From assembly GCF_001194135.2 (NCBI RefSeq), contig NC_068984.1:116397391-116461247 (forward strand): DNA of 63,857 bases, written 5' to 3'. How positions within the stretch are numbered: the stretch's first letter is position 1; every line of letters begins with the position of its first letter. Below, in pieces: positions 13,631 through 26,636 of this stretch. Made by a program: the position numbers and the translations under genes. Below the pieces are notes generated by a model. The model had not been told where the DNA came from and did not search any database. It was given only the letters and a program-made list of their open reading frames with translations. Source of the DNA: Octopus bimaculoides (Eukaryota).

Positions 13631-15654
13631 CTGTGTGTGTGTGTGTGTGTATACGCATGTATCTATGCGTGTGTGTGTGTGTCTGTCTATCTCTGTCTCT
13701 CTATATATCTATATATCTATCTATCTATCAATAAATATAGATTAAATTATATATTCGTTTATTTACATCAGTTGCTATTAAGGTTTAGGCAAGGATGCTG
13801 TTTATTTGGGGTTCTTTCATCTTTTTAGAACTTTTTCTTTTATTTATATATTTATTGATAGTTTCTTTGAATTTCAAAAACCAATATGTCATATGTGTGT
13901 GTGTGTGTGTGTATTTTATTTATTCGTTTGTTCGATTCTTCCTTTGACGCTCAATTGATTAATTGAAAGCTAATGGATTCACGTTGGAAATATATTTTTT
14001 CCATCAGATATATCCTGCCGTTTTTTTTACATATAGAATCATAATGAATTTATAATTCAGCTCCCAATAACAAACATGAGTGCTATGTAAACGGTTTAAG
14101 ACGGTTTTTCTGTTGTTTTTTTTTCGTGAAGTGGATAACTTGAAAGTTTATTTTGGGCAATCAGCGTATCATTGCCGTATCTATAGCATATCCATCTCTT
14201 GAATATGATTCCGTGATTAATTTTTGCTATATGAAGCTTCAAATATTCTGGGGTCGAATTTTATTTTCACCAAACTGTGAAATAAAAGATACTGAAGTTC
14301 AAGTAAAATAGTAGCATCCATGAAAACTAGTGTTTATTTGTAGCAGAAGGTTGTATACATAATGATTTTGTGAAGTTAAATAATTTTCCAGTGGGACAAA
14401 GAATTCCTGCGTTTGAGAGAAATACTTTTCGGGAGAGAGGGAATATTTACTATTGGCACTGAATTAATAAGTTATTGTGTGACAAAGATGTTGATTTTAA
14501 CGACAAACAACAGAAACAATAATTTATGATTTGACTTGTATTTTCATTGATTATAACAAGTGTTTTTGCTTACGGCAGACGTTGAAATAGGCTCTAGTAT
14601 CACAAATACCAGTTGAACCACATATTTTTCAACAACTGGCATAATATTTAAATATACTTTATAAAAACGTACATATGCATCCATTTATTTAATACACGAA
14701 CACACACACACACACACACAGACACACACACAAATAGACACACGCACACACACACATGCATAGGAATATATATACATACATACAGTCTTTTCAATATATC
14801 GTTTGATAAACACAAAATTTAAGTGGTATTTTTCTCTCGATAGATGGATTACTATTTCTGTTGATTCCACGAATAACTGAAGAGTACATAACGTTTATAT
14901 ATACATACATACATACATACATACATACATACATACATACATACATACATACATACATANNNNNNNNNNNNNNNNNNNNNNNNNNNNNNNNNNNNNNNNN
15001 NNNNNNNNNNNNNNNNNNNNNNNNNNNNNNNNNNNNNNNNNNNNNNNNNNNNNNNNNNNNNNNNNNNNNNNNNNNNNNNNNNNNNNNNNNNNNNNNNNNN
15101 NNNNNNNNNNNNNNNNNNNNNNNNNNNNNNNNNNNNNNNNNNNNNNNNNNNNNNNNNNNNNNNNNNNNNNNNNNNNNNNNNNNNNNNNNNNNNNNNNNNN
15201 NNNNNNNNNNNNNNNNNNNNNNNNNNNNNNNNNNNNNNNNNNNNNNNNNNNNNNNNNNNNNNNNNNNNNNNNNNNNNNNNNNNNNNNNNNNNNNNNNNNN
15301 NNNNNNNNNNNNNNNNNNNNNNNNNNNNNNNNNNNNNNNNNNNNNNNNNNNNNNNNNNNNNNNNNNNNNNNNNNNNNNNNNNNNNNNNNNNNNNNNNNNN
15401 NNNNNNNNNNNNNNNNNNNNNNNNNNNNNNNNNNNNNNNNNNNNNNNNNNNNNNNNNNNNNNNNNNNNNNNNNNNNNNNNNNNNNNNNNNNNNNNNNNNN
15501 NNNNNNNNNNNNNNNNNNNNNNNNNNNNNNNNNNNNNNNNNNNNNNNNNNNNNNNNNNNNNNNNNNNNNNNNNNNNNNNNNNNNNNNNNNNNNNNNNNNN
15601 NNNNNNNNNNNNNNNNNNNNNNNNNNNNNNNNNNNNNNNNNNNNNNNNNNNNNN

Positions 15655-15713
<59 letters not shown>

Positions 15714-16227
15714 ATGGATACATATAATGTTCAATGTAGTAATTTAAATTACAAGTCAAATCACCAGCTTTTAGAGGCATTGAAGAGGACTCGTATTATA
15801 ACCCACGTATCATTTCTTTGGACTCAACAGTTTCATATATTCCAAGGTTGTATACATGTAAATGAAAACAAGGTAGTTCGTTAATGAAATATTTAGTTAA
15901 CGTCAGCTTACATATTTTATTAACAAAGAATGATTATCAGTTATATGAAGTAAATTATGTCATCAACTTGCATTGTCAGATCATTAGATATGCATAATTC
16001 TCATTTATAAGTTTACTTGATCCGCAACAATTGACAGTGTGTTCATGGAAATAACTGAGCGCAAACCACAGTCATCTAAATTTAATGAACCGAATGATGA
16101 ATAAAATAATTCACCAAATTTGATATATAACCAAACTAATAATACCCATAGGGTAAAAAGGAATAATAGAGACGAGGTACCTAATTCTTCTGCCATTAGG
16201 AAGCGTAGTGTTATTATCAAACATCTT

Positions 16228-16640
16228 TGTAACTGTAGGAACAGATTATGTATGCTTGATGGACAATGCCTCAGAAAAAATTATAGTTTATAGGTGTATA
16301 CTAACGGAAGATGGCATTTCTAATAATTACATAGGATCATGTTCTACCGATTTAGACGGAGGTTGCGTAACTACCTTGCTTCGTTCTGAGATAAAATAAA
16401 TAGTACATGTCTGAATGGGTCCATCTGGTCATTAAAGGATAAGAACACTAAATACGATATTAAATGGCCAATAATTAATAAAGCTTCCCCATATACAATG
16501 GGGAACTCGAAGTATAATTTATGTTTGGAAGAAATATTCCACATCTTTACCTCTAGCTACAAGTTACTGAATCATAAACACGAATTAGTTCTGAGATGCG
16601 CGCATTCTTTTACAAAAGCATTTAAGTACTTCCCAAATAA
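16228..16640 (+). mobile_element. Penelope-like element GIY-YIG endonuclease domain, frameshifted
   Basis: CNCRNRLCMLDGQCL..IIVYRCILTEDGISNNYIGSCST..RRLRNYLASF..STCLNGSIWSLKDKNTKYDIKWPIINKASPY..LCLEE..LLNHKHELVLRCAH is the typical PLE VY..YIG nuclease with flanking Cys motifs. Confidence 0.9.
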
Positions 16641-16767
16641 GGATATTTATCAGAATATCACACAAGGTTACTAGTGAAAAATCGTAGTTTACTCTAATTA
16701 ATTTTAACAATCTCACAATAAATCTGATTCTTCTTTATTTTCTTTTTACTTTTTTATCTCCAATTAT

Positions 16768-16946
16768 AGACGCAGACGTGGCTGTGTCGTAAGAAGCTTG
16801 CTTCCCAATCACATGGTTCCAGGTTCAGTCCAACTACGTCGCACCTTGGGCAAGTGGCTTCTACAATAAGCCTTGGGCGGACCAAAGCCTTGTGAGTGTA
16901 TTTGGTAGACGGAAACAGACAGAAGCCCGGCGTATATGTTTGTGTG

Positions 16947-16978
<32 letters not shown>

Positions 16979-17235
16979 CGTGTGTTTGTCCTCACCCTAC
17001 CATCGTGTGACAAGTGATGCTGGTGCGTTTCTCTTCGCGTAACATAGCGGCTCGGCAAAAGCAACCGATGGATAAAGTCCTGGGGTCTTACTCTTAGAAG
17101 ACTTAAAAAGAGTAAGTCCTGGGGCTTACTCTTAGAAAACCCCAGGCTTAGAAAGTCCTGGCGTTGATTTCTTCGACTAAAATCCTTTACGGCATTGCAC
17201 TAGCATGGCCGCCGTCAAATGACTGAACCAAATAA
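16768..17235 (+). mobile_element. SINE family A, full length with an internal rearrangement
   Basis: Head GTGGCTGTGTCGTAAG, B-box GGTTCAGTCC, core CCTTGGGCAAG, an internal (TA)(TG) tract and tail GCATGGCCGCCGTCAAATGACTGAA. Confidence 0.9.
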
Positions 17236-17720
17236 AAACATAAAAGAAAAGAATTCAGGTCCTAATTCATTTGATTCTTCTTAATCTATCGATTTATTTT
17301 ATAATGTTCATAATACCTTTACGACGTGTGATCTGTGACTAAAATACTACGGACATAATTAATCCACTCCCTTACATTGTTAAGAGTCATTCTAAGTTTA
17401 AATGATACCAGAAGATATAGCCATATCGCATTTCACATCAGGTGTGTTAAGCTTTTATGGGTCTCCCACATTAATAATACATACACAGAGTAGGACTATC
17501 AAAGGCTGAATTCCTTAGCTGCATAAATACGTCGACCTTGTATGAATATATACTGCAACTGAACCAACATACTTCATATAAATTCTACCTCAAGAGACAT
17601 TAGGGCATTGAAGCAGCAGAAACATGTGTCGGGACTGAGATCTATCGTAAACGTAATGCAAATAATTCGGTAATAAACAAGTTTTGAAGATGCACGATTC
17701 TTCATTTTATTATGATGTCG

Positions 17721-17752
<32 letters not shown>

Positions 17753-17851
17753 CATACGTGTGTATATAGATAGGTATAGTTACAGATATAGATATATGTA
17801 TGTATATATATATATGTAAATATATATATATACACGTATATATATGCACAC

Positions 17852-17932
<81 letters not shown>

Positions 17933-18746
17933 NNNNNNNNNNNNNNNNNNNNNNNNNNNNNNNNNNNNNNNNNNNNNNNNNNNNNNNNNNNNNNNNNNNN
18001 NNNNNNNNNNNNNNNNNNNNNNNNNNNNNNNNNNNNNNNNNNNNNNNNNNNNNNNNNNNTATATGCGGGTGTGTTTGTGTATATGCAAAGCATATAGCAT
18101 GTAGACAGCCAGATATCTATAAAAATGTCTATAGATGAAAAAAAAAAAATGTAGTATGCTGATATGCCATAAGATCAAGTAGTGATTATGTTTATAGAAG
18201 AGATGAAAGCATACAATTTTTTTTCACACGCAGAGAAATAAATATCTTTATTTCCTGTTTGGCTATTCAAATTTACCTGTATTGCTCAATCGATTATTAA
18301 ACATGTTGCCTTCAAACATCGGAGAAGTGTGAATTATGAATACGATCTTCCAACATCTAAGCAAAATTCTCTTTTTATGAGTATTGATAATACAAAAAAA
18401 AAAATAAATAAATGATAATAATGATGATAATAAAAATAATTGAACCACATAAATATCATGTAATTTTTGGCTTCTCTGTTGAGAGCAGAATCAATTTTAG
18501 AAAACTTTATTGTGCATATTAGTGTGACAAACAAGAAAACTTAGTGAGTGCATTGTGTTATATAATGCAAGTCAAATACATTAATAGAAATATCTTGGCA
18601 AAAATGAAAATCCCTAGTAAATGAAGTAACAAACGCAAGCAAAGAGTAAAAGACTTTCTCAATATAACAAAAGGAATCCTCTTTTTATAACAGTGTCTCA
18701 ATGCATATACTGATTTCAAACTTTGACCTATTGTTAAACACTGATA

Positions 18747-19275
18747 CAGTAATGCCTCGATATACGAGTTAATATATTCCCAAGACTGCTTGTAAGTCAA
18801 AACTCGTAAAACAGACCGATAAGATTTATAATACAACTAAATGAATGGCAATAAAACAACAGTAGAATGTAAAGAATAGTTTATGTAAACTATAAAGAAT
18901 GTCAAATCAAAATCAATTATGATAAAAAATATTATTACTATCGTTTTCTGAATCACTTTCATTCGCACTAGACTCCCGCATATCACTTCTAGACGCGATC
19001 ACCGATTCACAAGTACTTATAGATGGACTTGTAAATTTCTTTTTAATAGACAAGTCTGGAATTGTTCGCTTAGAAGAAACTTTTTTTCGCTCTCAATAGA
19101 TTTCTCGGCAACACGCAGAAGTATTTGTTATGGTAGTAGAAACTTTGGCACTTTGTTCAAAATTTGGATCTTGTTCTTGAAAATTTTCAGCTCACCATAC
19201 AAAAGTAAGTTGAAAAATAAAATTCATAAACCAGGGATCTCGTAAAGGAGGTCCTCGTAAAGTGAGGCATTACTG
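18747..19275 (-). mobile_element. Tigger/pogo-derived non-autonomous DNA transposon (MITE)
   Basis: The 22-bp TIRs are CAGTAATGCCTCGATATACGAG and CTCGTAAAGTGAGGCATTACTG (19/22 match), with TA on the left flank. The minus strand retains the transposase C-terminus AENFQEQDPNFEQSAKVSTTITNTSACCREIY*ERKK. Confidence 0.85.
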
Positions 19276-19519
19276 CATATTCAGACTAGTTTCACTATTA
19301 TGATTACCATAGTAACTCCATTTCTCTCGTTGTATTTTCCTATCTTCACGTGTCTGTTGTGTTCAGTAACCTTTTCGAAATGTAAATTATTTCTATTACT
19401 TGCGTCATATCTTACTGGTGTTAAGCTAAAATCTCTTACAGATATCTACAGTCAAGTGTTAAATGGAATATAAAGCTTATTGTAGTTTGATCTATTATAA
19501 TCTATGCAGTGAATTCAGT

Positions 19520-19650
19520 GTGACCGAATAGCTTCACAACTGCGAGATCTTGAATTCAATCCCACTGTGTAGCGTCTTCGGTAAATGTTCTTTTCCAAAG
19601 CATCGGATCAACCCATACTTTGTGAGTGAAATTGGGTCGACTGAAGCTCT
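19520..19650 (+). mobile_element. Decayed SINE (family A-like head)
   Basis: TTGAATTCAATCCCACTGTGTAGCGTCTTCGGTAAATG...CTTTGTGAGTGAAATTGG aligns to family A. Confidence 0.55.
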
Positions 19651-20212
19651 CTAGAGGACAAATGTTTGGACTTTATATGTAATTATGTAAATCAAAAGGT
19701 ATAGTCTTGTCGATTTGGCGCGCTTGTTCTGCCAGAGTGTTACTGTAAGGGAATATCTATTTCAGGAACTCGCAATGATTTACACATTAATTCAAAAGCA
19801 GGTCATTCGGTTGATAGAACTTAATCCTTATCGTCAAAAGCACAAGATCCAACGCCACCACAATATGTATGCGTATACGTAATATTTATAACATATAATA
19901 TGTATGCATATATGTATGTATTTTGTGCGTGGGTGTGAGTGTGTATGGTAGAGTGGTATATTTCTTTTCAACAAATGTTCATTGGCGTAATTGTTTCTCT
20001 AAAAATTTGAGAATGCTGGGTATTTCTTATCCCAGTATTCTTCACGTCTCTTCACGTAGCCAATCCAAGGATCTTCCCTACCCATTCTGCTGACATGATA
20101 TACTGCTAGGTTTAGTTAAAAAATCCACTTGACTTTTTCTCGATAGTTCCGAAATCTACGATACCTGACTCCTGGTGCCTCCGTCGCCATGATATATCTG
20201 ATAAGGAGGAAT

Positions 20213-20750
20213 ATCTGAATTTCAAGATTCTCATACTAAAGTGTACTTACCAAAATCAAAAGCAGTAATTCTTAATTTTTAATTTATATTTCAAACAAAC
20301 ACCATTTTCCCATATTACTTCATAATTTTTTTTAAAAATTACCTTTCATTAAATTATACAAATTTTACATTTGATATTTCTGAGGAGCAGAAGAGTTATC
20401 TATAAATGCTTATCAATATAGGATTCCATAATTCTATATTATCTAAGTGTATGAACTATATTTGGAATACAAGACAATATAATGGATTTTACACATAACT
20501 ATTATAGATTATTACCGAAGAATTATCAAGAAAACATATATGGATTTAAAGACTCTCATAGTAATATGTACTTAGCAAAATCAAAAGCAGTAATTTAAGA
20601 TTTTATTTTATATTTCAAACAAACACCAGTTTCCCATATTACTTCATATTTAAAAAAAAATACCATTCGATAAATTATACAAATTTCACATTTTATATCT
20701 CTGAAGAGCAGAAGAGTTGTCTATAAATGCTTATCAATATAGGATTCCAT
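20213..20750 (+). repeat. Local direct duplication of a ~215-bp AT-rich unit (20213-20430 and 20536-20750)
   Basis: Shared blocks CAAAATCAAAAGCAGTAATT, TTTCAAACAAACACCA, GAGCAGAAGAGTT and CTATAAATGCTTATCAATATAGGATTCCAT. Confidence 0.9.
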
Positions 20751-20974
20751 TATAGGGAGAGCACTTGTGTGAAACGATCGTAAGATGCTTTAAAAACTTA
20801 ATTCGAAACTTTTAAAATGTCATTATTATATATTTTTACCTATACATATTTACATATATTTATATATATTTCTATTTTTAATACAACAATTATTTTACAC
20901 ACATATATATCTTTCTGAAGAATTTTCTAATATTGATTTCCTGATATTAATAATAATATATTATTTTGCAAGTC

Positions 20975-21300
20975 TCTTCAAACTTGTGTGTTGAAACAAA
21001 TGTTGTCTCTTGGTGGAGTCATTACACCACTAATAAACACACGCACTAGTTCAATTCCCCTTCTTTATTATTACTCAATTAATTAGTTATCTAAGTGACT
21101 AATTAATCGATCGTTTGCTTAATCACTCGGTTAAACAATCTGTAGACTTTGGTGGCAGAGTGTATCTCATTGATGGTGGTATGACATGCAAGTGATTGAT
21201 TGTTAAACTGACTAATGAAGCAAGCGTTTGATTATATAATTGATTATTTAAGTAGATAAATGACTAATGACAAAGAAATTAAATTGAACCGATACATATG
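20975..21300. mobile_element. Foldback/MITE-like element, decayed (same family as 47693-48005)
   Basis: GTGTT(G/A)AAACAAAT...GAGTCATTA...AACACACGCACT(A/G)GT(T/C)CAATT is shared with the 47.7 kb copy. A weak inverted arm lies at 21200-21300. Confidence 0.5.
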
Positions 21301-21339
21301 TTTGCCATTGGCATAATGACTCGCCATAATCACAACTAA

Positions 21340-22185
21340 GCTTAATATTTATTTGGTCCTTGATTCCCGAAAGGATGAAAAGTAAAGTTTACCTCTTCGC
21401 GTACTCAGAAGGTAGAAAGCCACACTAGATATCCGAAAATACTTCTTCAACTCTCTAACGATTCTGAAAGGTTGCTGCCTTGATTGTGGTTTTACTAATT
21501 GTTTCTAATGTTGGCACGAAGCGAGAAAATATTAGGAGAGTGAGTTATTCGATTACTTATTTTATTGATACCGAAATTATGAAACGCATGTTGTCCTCGG
21601 CGTGATTTGAACTCAGAACGTAAAGATCGGAAATGTGTTGCAAATAGAAGAATCAAACATAATGTTAAAAGGTTCATCAATTCAAAATCTTCCATCAACA
21701 TTTGACAAATAAATGGTAGATTATATTTTTGAAACTAGTCGGTGAATTGGCAGAATCATAAGAGCGTCGGAAAATGCCTTCCGGTAGTTGTTCCAGCACG
21801 CTATATTTTCTGAATTCAATTCCCGGCGACTTCGACTTTATCCTTCATTCCTCCGGGATTAATAAAATAATCTACCAGTCAAGCACTGGAATCGATTTTA
21901 TCGGATAATACCTTCCGCTCAAAATGGCAGGTTTACTTCTTAAAAGAGAAATCATTAATTGTTTTTATTCTTGCTACAGATTGGTGTATTGCAAGATTCG
22001 TTAGAATGTGGGAGGAAAATGTTTATAGTATTTCTTTCTGCTTCTAATATTTCCAAGTTCACATCCTCCCCAGGTCAACCTCGGCTTCCATACAGCCAGA
22101 CACGATAAAATGAGGCACCATTCAAATGCTGGTGTTAACGTAATCGAATACCATCCCCGCTCCCCGCTTGAAATTGCTGGTGGCT
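21340..22185. mobile_element. Cluster of four decayed family C SINEs (two minus, then two plus)
   Basis: CCGAAAGGATGAAA..AAAGT and TTTGAACTCAGAACGTAAAG on one side; TGGCAGAATC..., TTCTGAATTCAA.. and CCTTCATTCC on the other. Confidence 0.65.
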
Positions 22186-22553
22186 TTGATTTACTTTAGG
22201 CTTCAGGCTCTTGTTTGATGAGGCTGGGGTCATTCCAAGTTAGTGGTCCCAGAGGCATTGTAAGGTCCACCTCTGCTCTCCATCGCTGGCGGTCCTGTAC
22301 CAGCCCTATGCATCTTCCAAGATGACATCAAGCCTCTGAAGATCTTCGTCAATCACGTCCAGCCATCTGGTACGGGGCCTGTCATGAGGCCTCTTCTAGC
22401 CCGCAGGTGTTGCATGGAATGAGAGTAAGGCCCTGATAGGATGATCTAGCGGGAGACGGAGGACACGCATGCGACGGATAGCTACGAGGTGGGAGGCTGC
22501 GAGCTGATGCAAGCACGCATGCAGTTCTTTGTTGGAAACATAATGATACCATC
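22185..22553 (-). mobile_element. RTE-clade LINE 3' end
   Basis: The minus strand reads WYHYVSNKELH..IRRMR..VLRLPLDHPIRALL..KRPHDRPRTRWLDVIDEDLQRL...QDRQRWRAEV, then an AAGTAAATCAAA-like tail. Confidence 0.85.
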
Positions 22554-23289
22554 TGATGCTTAGAAATTACTTGCCTTGTGGCTAGATTAGAAACAACTAT
22601 TTTTGTTTTGTTTGATTGTCTAAATACAAAATGGATCTATTTTACCGTAAGCGCTATCTGATTTATTTTCACTTTCCTTCTCTTGTCAAACATAATTCTG
22701 TTGAATGCAAAATAGGGCTGTTTTGCTGCGCTATGCGTCCTAGAGAAAATAATGATTTTTAACATAAACACAAATTTGGGGAAAAGGGAGGATACAGTCT
22801 ATTAGACACACACTTAATATTTAACAAGCATTTATTTTATTGCCCCCTAAAGGATTTCTACAATATAAAGCAGTAAACCAATACACAGAAGGGAACACTA
22901 ACCTAAAACATCTCTTCATTTCTAATGCTTTTTTCTGTGTTTCATTATTATTTATTTGTTTATTTTTTACCTTCTGCTATAAAACTCACACCAAGCATAC
23001 ACCACTAGGAACCAGGAACAGATATCTGTATGATTACATCTGTATGTGGCGGTATAATCATTCGAACGTATTTGCCTCTATCGTTTATTATAACGTAATA
23101 TTGATAGATGTCCCTTTGCGTGTGTATGTGTGTGTGTTTATTTTTTTCATTTTCAAAGAAATGCTTTGCTTGAATAATATTCTATTTTTCCTGGTCATTA
23201 TAGCAGAAGGGCAGTACCATATTTCTTTCAGAGAAGTAACTTTTGTCATTTACATAAATTACATTTAATAGATACAAACGCATATATAG

Positions 23290-23322
23290 ATAGAGAGATA
23301 GAGAGATAGGTAAATAGATAGT

Positions 23323-23370
<48 letters not shown>

Positions 23371-23530
23371 CGCGTGCTAGCATAAATACTTAAATACATA
23401 CATATATATGTATACGTTTAGGTATATATATATATATTATACATGCAATATATATATATATATAACTACATATATATACATACTTATAAAATATATATAC
23501 ATTATATACATTTTTACAATATGTATATAC

Positions 23531-23578
<48 letters not shown>

Positions 23579-23637
23579 CAACATATATATACATATATAT
23601 GCACAATAAATATATATGTACTATATATATATGTATA

Positions 23638-23703
<66 letters not shown>

Positions 23704-24119
23704 CGTATATATATATATACGTATGTATATATATATACGTGTAAACACACAAATGTATATGTAATTATATTTATATGTGTGTGTGAGTGTGCATGTATGC
23801 ATGTGTATGAGTATGTGTACGTGTGTGTCTGTGTGTGTGGATGTCTACACACATATTGTCGTATATCTCTTTGTAAATCTATGCATTTGCTTGCCGTCCA
23901 TAAAAGTATTTCAATTTTCTTTTCATTTCCTTTCAAGTGTTTGCTACCATCAAAAAATAAATAAGATATTCAATGCCTCGTTTGTTGTTTTAGAGAATTT
24001 AAAATTATTTTCGTTTCATCTTCTGTCAAATATTCTATTATTGATCATTTTATTATTATTTCGTATTTGGCTTTTGTATTTTATATATATTTCTTTACAT
24101 ATGTAGTTCTTTATTTCCT

Positions 24120-24167
<48 letters not shown>

Positions 24168-24359
24168 ATACACACGTATCTGCGCTCACACACACGCATA
24201 CACGCACAAACGCACACACACACACAAAGACACAAATATATATGCATATATACATATATACCTATATACATACATATATGTATATATTATACATATATAT
24301 ACATATATATGTACATTTATATAGAAATATAAATGTCTATCTATCTATCTATCTATCTA

Positions 24360-24400
<41 letters not shown>

Positions 24401-24449
24401 NNNNNNNNNNNNNNNNNNNNNNNNNNNNNNNNNNNNNNNNNNNNNNNNN

Positions 24450-24510
<61 letters not shown>
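23290..24510. repeat. (GATA)n/(TA)n/(CT)n/(CA)n microsatellite field with gap N 24401-24449
   Basis: Seen directly. Confidence 0.95.
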
Positions 24511-24511
<1 letters not shown>

Positions 24512-25034
24512 AGTGTGGTGTTCAATGTAATTATGAAAGAAATTTTTAACACGTTTCTCATTTTCTTATAGCGTTATATAATATTAAAGCTTCAGGATTG
24601 TTTTTTTTTTTCTTATTTTCACTAACTGGTCAATGATACTATCCCATTGCATATATGTAATATGACACACGGTGCATCAAAGTGAACTGTATAGTGTATG
24701 TACGTTTTTAGTGGCTATTGTGACACTTTTGCGATTGTTTCAGATTCAACACTTCATGTATGTATGTGTGTATGTGTTGGGGGTATATGTGCATATGTGT
24801 GCATGGATATATGTATGTATGAATGTCATTATTCAGCTTTATTTCAAGATTTCTTGCCAATATGGAAAGAATCGGTTTCTGACTTAGATCCAAGGGTCCT
24901 TCAATGGAATTTCAGCAACATCAAGGTATTTTTATATGTATGTATATGTACAGATTTGTATGTCTTGTTATATATATGTATTCTCATGCATATAGTTGCA
25001 TATCTAGATATGCACATACATACTTAAATGATAC

Positions 25035-25130
25035 ATTATTTACATTATTTACAACTGACGGATATTTGTCCTCATCTTGTTTGTTGTTAACACAACGTTT
25101 GGGCTGATATACCCTCCAACCTTCATCAGG
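25035..25130 (-). mobile_element. PLE-type tail with a degenerate minimal hammerhead (CTGATGA...CAAA)
   Basis: The minus strand reads CCTGATGAAGGTTGGAGGGTATATCAGCCCAAACGTTGTGTT. GGTTG/CAGCC forms stem II. GAAA is mutated to CAAA relative to the 12.7 kb copy. Confidence 0.7.
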
Positions 25131-25205
25131 CATATGGCGTAGTGGTTAAGAGGGTGGAATACTAACCCCAAGATTCCGACTGCGATTCCAAGCAGTGACC
25201 TGAAC

Positions 25206-25269
<64 letters not shown>

Positions 25270-25283
25270 TCGAAAAATACCTT
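25129..25283 (+). mobile_element. tRNA-derived SINE head (family D) plus (AAT)n
   Basis: A-box TGGCGTAGTGG (25135-25145) and a degenerate B-box CTGCGATTCC (25180-25189), then (AAT)~22 and CATCGAAAAATACCTT. Confidence 0.75.
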
Positions 25284-26585
25284 GTATATATGTATGTATG
25301 CATGCATGTATGTATGCATGCATGTATGTTCTTTTCTATTTTTAATCATTTACATTCTTCCTATGAAGAAGGAGCTGGATTCTCATAAAGATACAAAGCT
25401 CCATCGTTGGAATATAGATAAAAACAATATCTCATTTTAAACTTGAGTAAAGTCTTTCATACTTTTACTGTTCCACTTACAAATTGTATTTGTAATGAGC
25501 AAGTTGATTGGTTGATTTCTTTTTCTGAAAATCCTAGCTTATCCAGATTGTCACTAAGGTATTTATTCACAAAGCCAAGTGCAGGAATTATTATTTGATA
25601 TAAATGTGAATTTATAATCTGGATATAGAAGCTGGATGTTTCGAAGCAGAGTTCGTTTGCTGTTTCTTTAAAAATATATTAAACTTTACAAATGTAGCTC
25701 TGATAACTGAAATTAAAATTAAAGATTATTTTAAATCAACCTATAGAGATGAGCGTTTTAGTTTTAGAAATAAGTTTATTTCATGTATAATGAAAATTTG
25801 TTATCGTTATGGAACGTTTGTTTATAAAAAGTCACTTTCTTTTAAAACTTCCTCTCTCTTTTGTGCTGATGCCGGAATTTGACCTCAGAACTTTGGAAGC
25901 CGTATTAAATACCTGAAAATGTTTCCTTCGATGTTCGAACAATTCTACGAATTCGACAGCACAGAATAGTCACGGGAAGAATACCTTTTCCGACATTAAT
26001 AACTCACCCACCCATCTTGTTAAATAAATGTTTGTTCTTCTGATCATACATTCTGAAATAACCATTTTGTCAACACCGCAGTGACATCCGTTTCGAGTGT
26101 ATATCTACTATGAGGACATCAGGTGTAAACATCAGCTCAATCAAAGAAATACCGAAGCAATACCATTTAACTCTTCACGGTTTGTTCAGTTGATACATCA
26201 ATTAATAATTACTTTCGCCTGGTGTAATTAACCTGTAATAAGGAGCTGGTTAGGTAAATAATTTATCCTTTTATATATTTACTGGCATCAGTCTATAGAC
26301 AGTGGCCAGGCTGGGGCACTGCAATCAATACTTTAATCAATTATGTCTACCTTATGTCTTTGCTATTCATATGGTCGACTTCTATTGATCAGCTGATATT
26401 AGCTTTCTGGAATAATCTCCTATCAGGGAGTTATTAATATGAAGAATGTAAACTAATTTGATTTGGCATACACACAAACGAAGACATACATAAGAACCAC
26501 CCCACGCACACACACACACAAATCCAGATACGTGTGTGTGTGTGTGTGTGTTAGTATGTGCACACATGCATATTATATATATTAC

Positions 26586-26618
<33 letters not shown>

Positions 26619-26636
26619 NNNNNNNNNNNNNNNNNN

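Noticed and set aside
26075-26130. Minus-strand CTGATGT...TCGAAACGGATGTC
   Set aside because: A9 is missing, stem II does not form, and stem I does not pair next to the GUC; at best a very decayed relic.
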